From NCBI GenBank assembly GCA_964016885.1, contig OZ024757.1:33232001-33296000 (forward strand): 64,000 nt of DNA. The letters run 5' to 3'. Every line of letters begins with the position of its first letter. Within the stretch, counting starts at the first letter, position 1. Under the pieces are notes generated by a model. The model was not told the DNA's origin. It did no database searches and worked only from the letters and a program-made list of their open reading frames with translations. The position numbers were made by a program, and so were the translations under genes. Origin of the DNA: Eledone cirrhosa. Taxonomy: Eukaryota. This document shows positions 58,273-64,000 of this stretch, in pieces.

Positions 58273-58310
58273 TTTCAATGCTTAAACGGAAGAGGCCAGA
58301 AGAGAGAGTT
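58273..58310 (-). promoter_or_regulatory. 5'TOP/TCT-type polypyrimidine initiator and 5' UTR of RPL36A
   Basis: Minus-strand CTCTCTCTTCTGGCCTCTTCCGTTTAAGCATTGAAA-ATG|GTGAGT, typical of ribosomal protein genes. Confidence 0.75.
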
Positions 58311-58779
58311 CCGCACTGAAGTTTCTATGTCCTATGTAGGAAACAAACTTCGGACTAAATTAAAATAAAATTACTTTTAAAATGGGTTTCAAATATAATC
58401 AAAATTTATATTTTAATTTTCCTTAATTAAATCAAATATATTTACCGATACAGTTTAATATTTTAAAATTCTATTTTAGCAGAAAATATATCTAAATTTG
58501 TCCTGAAGGTGAAGGTTAGAAAAGGAGTGTGAGTACAAGAGACAGAGAGATAGGAAGGTGGGTTAGTCAGAAATAGAGATAGGAAGGGGTGCAGGTAGAA
58601 AGAGAGATAACGAAGATGGGAGAGGGAGGTAGTAAAGGAAATAGATGGTGACAGAGTAATATATTAGATAGAGGGACAGGCATAAGAAAGGGACATATGA
58701 AATGACAGAGTCAAATACTAGAGAGAGGGGCAGATGAAGGAAAGAAGATATAGAGCAAGAAGAAAAAAGACAGTAAAGG

Positions 58780-59175
58780 AAGTAGATGGTGATAGAATAA
58801 AATATTAAACTGAGCAGCAGGCGGAGAGAAAGAAACATAGAAAACGTAGAAGAGGGAGGAAGCAGATAAAGTAAAATACTATAGAGAAGGGCAGAAGGAG
58901 AGAAAGAGACATAGAAAGCGTAGAAGAGGGAGGAAGCAGATAAAGTAAAATACTATAGAGAGGGGCAGAAGGAGAGAAAGAGACATAGAAAGCGTAGAAG
59001 AGGGAGGAAGCAGATAAAGTAAAATATTAGAGAGGGGCAGAAGGAGACATAGAAAGCGTAGAAGAGGGAGGAAGCAGATAAAGTAAAATATTAGAGAGAG
59101 GGGCAGACGGAGAGAAGGAGACATAGAAAGCGAAGAGGAGGGAGGAAGTAGATGAAGTGATAGAGTAAAAGAAAT
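58780..59175. repeat. ~62-72-bp purine-rich minisatellite, about 5 units
   Basis: GACATAGAAAGCGTAGAAGAGGGAGGAAGCAGATAAAGTAAAATA repeated. Confidence 0.85.
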
Positions 59176-59461
59176 AGAAAGAGAGTGAGAGAGAAAAAAA
59201 GGAAATATAGACTGAGCGAGAGAGAGAAAGAGAAAGAGAAGTTAGGATTTCTGACAACTTTGGGACAGTTTGTGTGTAAAATACCGGTCAAAAAATGAGT
59301 ACTGAGGATCACTGTAATCTTACCGAGGCTAACAATGGCAAAACAAAGGTAGGTACCTTGTGGTGTTTGGCCCACTTTCACCATTACACAAATTACATAT
59401 TTTCTGTATGAAGCATTTTGAAAGAAAAAAGAACAACAACAAACAAAAGCAAAACTCTCAA

Positions 59462-59965
59462 TGTCTATCTCTCTATCTTCCTCTTTTCTGGACCCAATAT
59501 TCTCTCTATCTCTCTCACACTTTATTAATCTCTCTGTCTATCTTCCTCTATTCTGGACCCAATTGTCTCTCTATCTCTCTTCCTTTTTTCTGGACCCATT
59601 ATTCTCTCCGTCTATCTACTTCTAATCTGGACCCAATAGTCTTTCTATTTATCTTCCTCTATCCTGGGCCCCCTTCACTCTATCTATCTCTATCCTGGAC
59701 CCAATAGTCTCTTTATCTATCTATTTAACTATTATGGACCCATTATTCTCTCTCTACTCAATCTCTATATTCTGGATCCCTTTATTCTCTCTGTTTATCT
59801 ATCTTTATTATTCTCTCTGTCTCTCGCTATTCCGGACCATTTCAGTCTTACTGTATATCTCACTCCATCTACTATTCTGTCTGTCTCTCTTTATTCTGGG
59901 CCCTTTATTCTCTCTCTATATATCTCTCTATTATGGACGTCTTTATTCTCTCAGTTTATCTATCT
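59462..59965. repeat. ~35-40-bp pyrimidine-rich minisatellite
   Basis: CTATCTTCCTCTATTCTGGACCCAATT-like units. Confidence 0.75.
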
Positions 59966-60228
59966 CTCCTTCGTTAATCTACAAATCTATTTACAACACA
60001 CCATTATTATTTATTCACAAGGTACTAATTCCCTCCAGAGAAATCAAACAACCGCTTCTTTCTATTTTGAAAGATCCTTCGCACCTTACGACCGTTGGGT
60101 TTGTGGGTTAAGAATAAGGTGGGAATGAGAAATTTGAAGTATTGTGTGTAGCGAAAAAACCCCAAGCAATTAAGTTTTCATGGTGAATATGATAGCATAT
60201 AAAACGCACCGGTAGATAAATCGCACCT

Positions 60229-60286
<58 letters not shown>

Positions 60287-62964
60287 TTGAGGTTTTCTAG
60301 GTAGGTAAGTCCAATAGATAAAGTAGTTGCATGCTGGTTTCTCGCATTGTATTTCCGTGGGAAAAAGGTGTGACTTAAACACTAGTATGTATATGTATAT
60401 AAACTGCAAAACTCAGAGTAGCAACAGAATGATCACAATACTATGATAAAAATATACAATATTCTTTATTTTGGTACCGAGCACTTTCTCTCTATGTTTG
60501 CAAATTCAAATGCGGCGTCGTTATATATAATATTTATATAAAAAACAACGACCCCGCCAAAAGATATATCTATATACCAATAAGAATAATAGTAATATGA
60601 CGACGGCAGCAACACCAATTAATCCTATGTTAATAGATCTTAATCCGTTGTTTACAAGTGAGTCAATTAGTCGCTTCATATCCATCCTGATCTATCTATT
60701 AGATAAGGTTTGAAATAACAAAGACGGGTTGGACCCACAATCATATCATCATTACCAACCAAATCGACCTCCTTTATTTTGCTGTGTGTTTTTGGTTTCT
60801 TTGTTCCCATACATTTTCGGTTCTCTTTCTTTTTTTTTTACCTTCCACACTGTAAAAACACACACCCCGTCATCAAACTCAAGCACTCTCTTTTTCTCTA
60901 CTACTCTACAATATATATACATATATAATACACCTCTTTACTATATGTTCTAATTATCTCATTAATTCTTCTCGCTCGCTTCCCTCTCCTTCTTTTAACT
61001 GTTTCTTCTGAAAAATCTAGCGTAAGAACGTTTCTCCAACCTCCAACGTTTCGCTGCTATCTTTCTTCCACTTTTACTTCCTAAATCCGGCATTCTCTCT
61101 CTACCACTGTTCTATTTATATCTTTTTTCTGCTCTGTTTATCTATGTTTCTTTCCACTATTTTATTTGTCTGTAAATTTATTTTTCTCTGTTCTATCAAT
61201 CACTCTATCTATTTATCTTTCTCTGTTCTATCTATCTACCTACCTAGCTATTTATCATCTTTCATTCTCCTTATAAACTACATTAACCGATGTGTGTTTC
61301 CGTTTTTTAAACAGTAGATAGTGTGATGTGACGGTTATATATATATAAATATGTGTATTAATATATATATATATATAATATATATAGCGGCTATTTCTAG
61401 CAAGGTCGAGCGACCACACAAAAACTCCCCCACCCCTTGTTGGATAATAATGCTTGTTTGTAGAGGAGCAGCAGTGAATCTGGGCGCCAAAAACAGCAAA
61501 TATACTTGATTCTATTATGTCTCCTTCTACCACGCAACCATCAACATCGCCACCATCACCACTACAACATATAATGACAATGCCGAGATCTTCCATCGCA
61601 CTCACTTAGTCACCTCTCTCACTCTCTCTCATCTAGTGTTTTAATTCCAGCACCGACTAGCCATGTCTGCTTTGTTAGATACGAGATTACCCCGCTCCTT
61701 ACTGACTAATACACAAGGAAAGCCTGCCTTATATATATATAAGAGAGATACAAATGCATATAGACATGTGCGCGCGTGTATATATATATAATTATAAGGA
61801 TTTTATCCCTAACGATTAAGCTTTTATTGTTTGCGATTAAAACGGTAAGCGCTAAACCGTATGGTAGAAAATCTTTATATCTACACCTACTTTTCTTAAG
61901 TATAGATTTAGTATTGGATATTGGTCTTACTGACTTAATTAGTCATATCTATATATTTATAAATAACATTTTAAGCCTTATTGTTAGAATGGCTACACAC
62001 ATCTATTCCACTTTACCAAATTATTTATAGTATTTGTTTCGTTGTTGTTGCTTTGTTTGTTTCTTACCTAAAATATGTATTTATTTTTTTCAGTGCCGTT
62101 ATGTTTCTCTAGTTTATATATATTATACTCTTTTTTTCTCCCTCGTATCTTTTGTATAAGATCACACTAAAGAATGAAGTCTTCCACGTGGTCTCGGCTG
62201 CTAGAAATAGTAAAATATCTCTCAAATCTTTAAAGTAGGAAGGCTGCGTTGGATAATGTAATCCTGGATGTTGTTATGTATATAATAGAAGGCTGGTTGA
62301 TCACGGTTGGAGCACCTTTGTTCATTAAATCTGTTGGATCAGGGCTGACTAGGTGTTAAACAACACAACTCGAACAGTAACAAAAATAGAACAACAACGG
62401 TGTAAATCATGAAACAATACACTACCTTCCCATTCTGGTTTTTCATTATTTATTATGTGGAGGTGGATTAGCAGTATTTGTTCTGGGTTTTTACTTTCTG
62501 AGTTCAAATCCCGCCGAGGTTAACTTTGCTTTTCATCCTTACGGGGTCGAAAAATAAAGTACCAGTAACGGTTAAAGACAAAAGTCTGTCTCGAGACCAG
62601 AGGCTACACGGGCCGGTGCTTATCCCGGTTTCTGTAGCGTGAAGCTACTGAGAGTACAAAACCCACCTCCTGTATAGGACACCAGTTCATCGCAGAGTTA
62701 ACCCCCCCCCCCCAGCTATTGATGGTACTCAATCTCAGCTGAGTATACTAAAGCAACGTGAAATAAAGTGTTTTGTTTAAGAACACAACACAACCTAGTC
62801 CAGGAATTTATGATCGTAAGTCCAACACCCTTACCACTAGGCCACGCTACTGGGGGGTCGATTTAATCGACTTCCCATCTCCGAAAATTGTTGGCCTTGT
62901 GCCTAAATCAGAAACCATTATTATTATTATTGATGGTTTGCACAGTAAATATACTTACTGGATC

Positions 62965-63165
62965 TTCTATTGTCTGTCAGGTTCCAACGTGGACCTTAGA
63001 CAGATTACTTTCCTGAGTATATATGCAGTGCCCAGTGGGACAGTCTTTTGTAGGCGAGCAATTCGTGATTCGGTGTCTATTTGCTTAAGATACCCTCTCG
63101 GTTATATTGGTATCGAACCCAAAGCTCTGATGACAACTGGAATTATCCTTGAAGTGGAGAGGGAT
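62965..63165 (-). mobile_element. R4/Dong-like (REL) non-LTR retrotransposon 3' end
   Basis: Minus-strand IIPVVIRALGSIP..IARLQKTVPLGTAYILRKV, the characteristic REL C-terminus. Confidence 0.7.
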
Positions 63166-64000
63166 GTTCTGACTTGTGTGTTTTCACGAAAGGTGGGCGA
63201 GAGCGGCAAGATTTACGAAGCTGAATTGGGGCCTACACTGACTATACTTTTCTAAGATAAGAGAAAAAACAAACGAGAAGAGGGCCCGTTCTATGCCTTT
63301 GGTCATACAGAGCGATCTGTGACTTCTATTAGGGATTTTCGCCCCGAATTACCTTCGGTGGATTTTCCCTTCCCTAATTGGGAAGGTTTCTTGTTGGAAA
63401 TTTATTGTTATATTTAATGTTTTTGTTGATTTTTTAACCTTTTTTTTTTGCTTGATGTAAACCACATTTTGTATTATAATTCGTTCTTGTATTGTCCGCA
63501 ACGTCTTGGACCCTTGTGGGCAATAAAATAAATCATTATTATTATGATATTGCTAAAAAAAAAAACAATATTATGATGTGAGGTTATTTAGTTTCGTTAA
63601 ATGCCACTTAACTCTTACGTCTTCGGAACGATCATTCGTTTTAATATCAGAGACAATAGTCGGCCACGATCGGCAATACATCCAAGCTCTTTAATGAAAT
63701 TTTCATCTATTTTCTTTGATATTAAATCATTCTACCGTATTCTTCCGTGTAAACCGCGCAGTTATTTTTTTTTCTTCACGTTTTTCATTGTTTGTTTTTG
63801 GGGTGCGTATTATACACCTAAGCTTGGTTTTTCTAGGCATTTTTCTGGTCAAAAGAGGGTTCGTATTATACACGAATGCGCGCAATACACTGAAGAATGC
63901 GGTATTTTAATAATCCTTTTTTATATTAAATTTTATATGAGAAGGTGAGATTTGTTTTTCTTAAGGTTGTCATGTTTTGAAAGAATTTGACTATCAAAAC

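Overview
This is eukaryotic, very repeat-rich DNA. The SINE families, RTE/CRE/Penelope relics and kb-long (TA)n/(CA)n microsatellites suggest a coleoid cephalopod, probably octopus (inferred, not database-checked). Almost all ORFs in the supplied track are microsatellite artefacts. Three real protein-coding genes were assembled by hand. (1) TMEM97/sigma-2 receptor has an intronless CDS at 23608-24162 (+). (2) FBXO3 has 11 coding exons at 29697-48723 (+), 411 aa, with F-box, SMI1/KNR4 and ApaG domains. (3) RPL36A/eL42 has 5 exons at 58272-49342 (-), 106 aa, with a 5'TOP tract. The most interesting feature is the 6.1-kb GC-AG last intron of RPL36A. It holds seven sense-oriented copies, in two subtypes, of a 164-186 nt RNA with hairpin-H box-hairpin-ACA architecture. 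This looks like a polycistronic intronic H/ACA snoRNA array under birth-and-death duplication, and I cannot assign it to a known family. Also present are several minimal type I hammerhead ribozymes of the Penelope-like-element kind, a hAT transposon with intact TIRs and TSD, hAT/piggyBac/Tc1-type MITEs, and several minisatellites.
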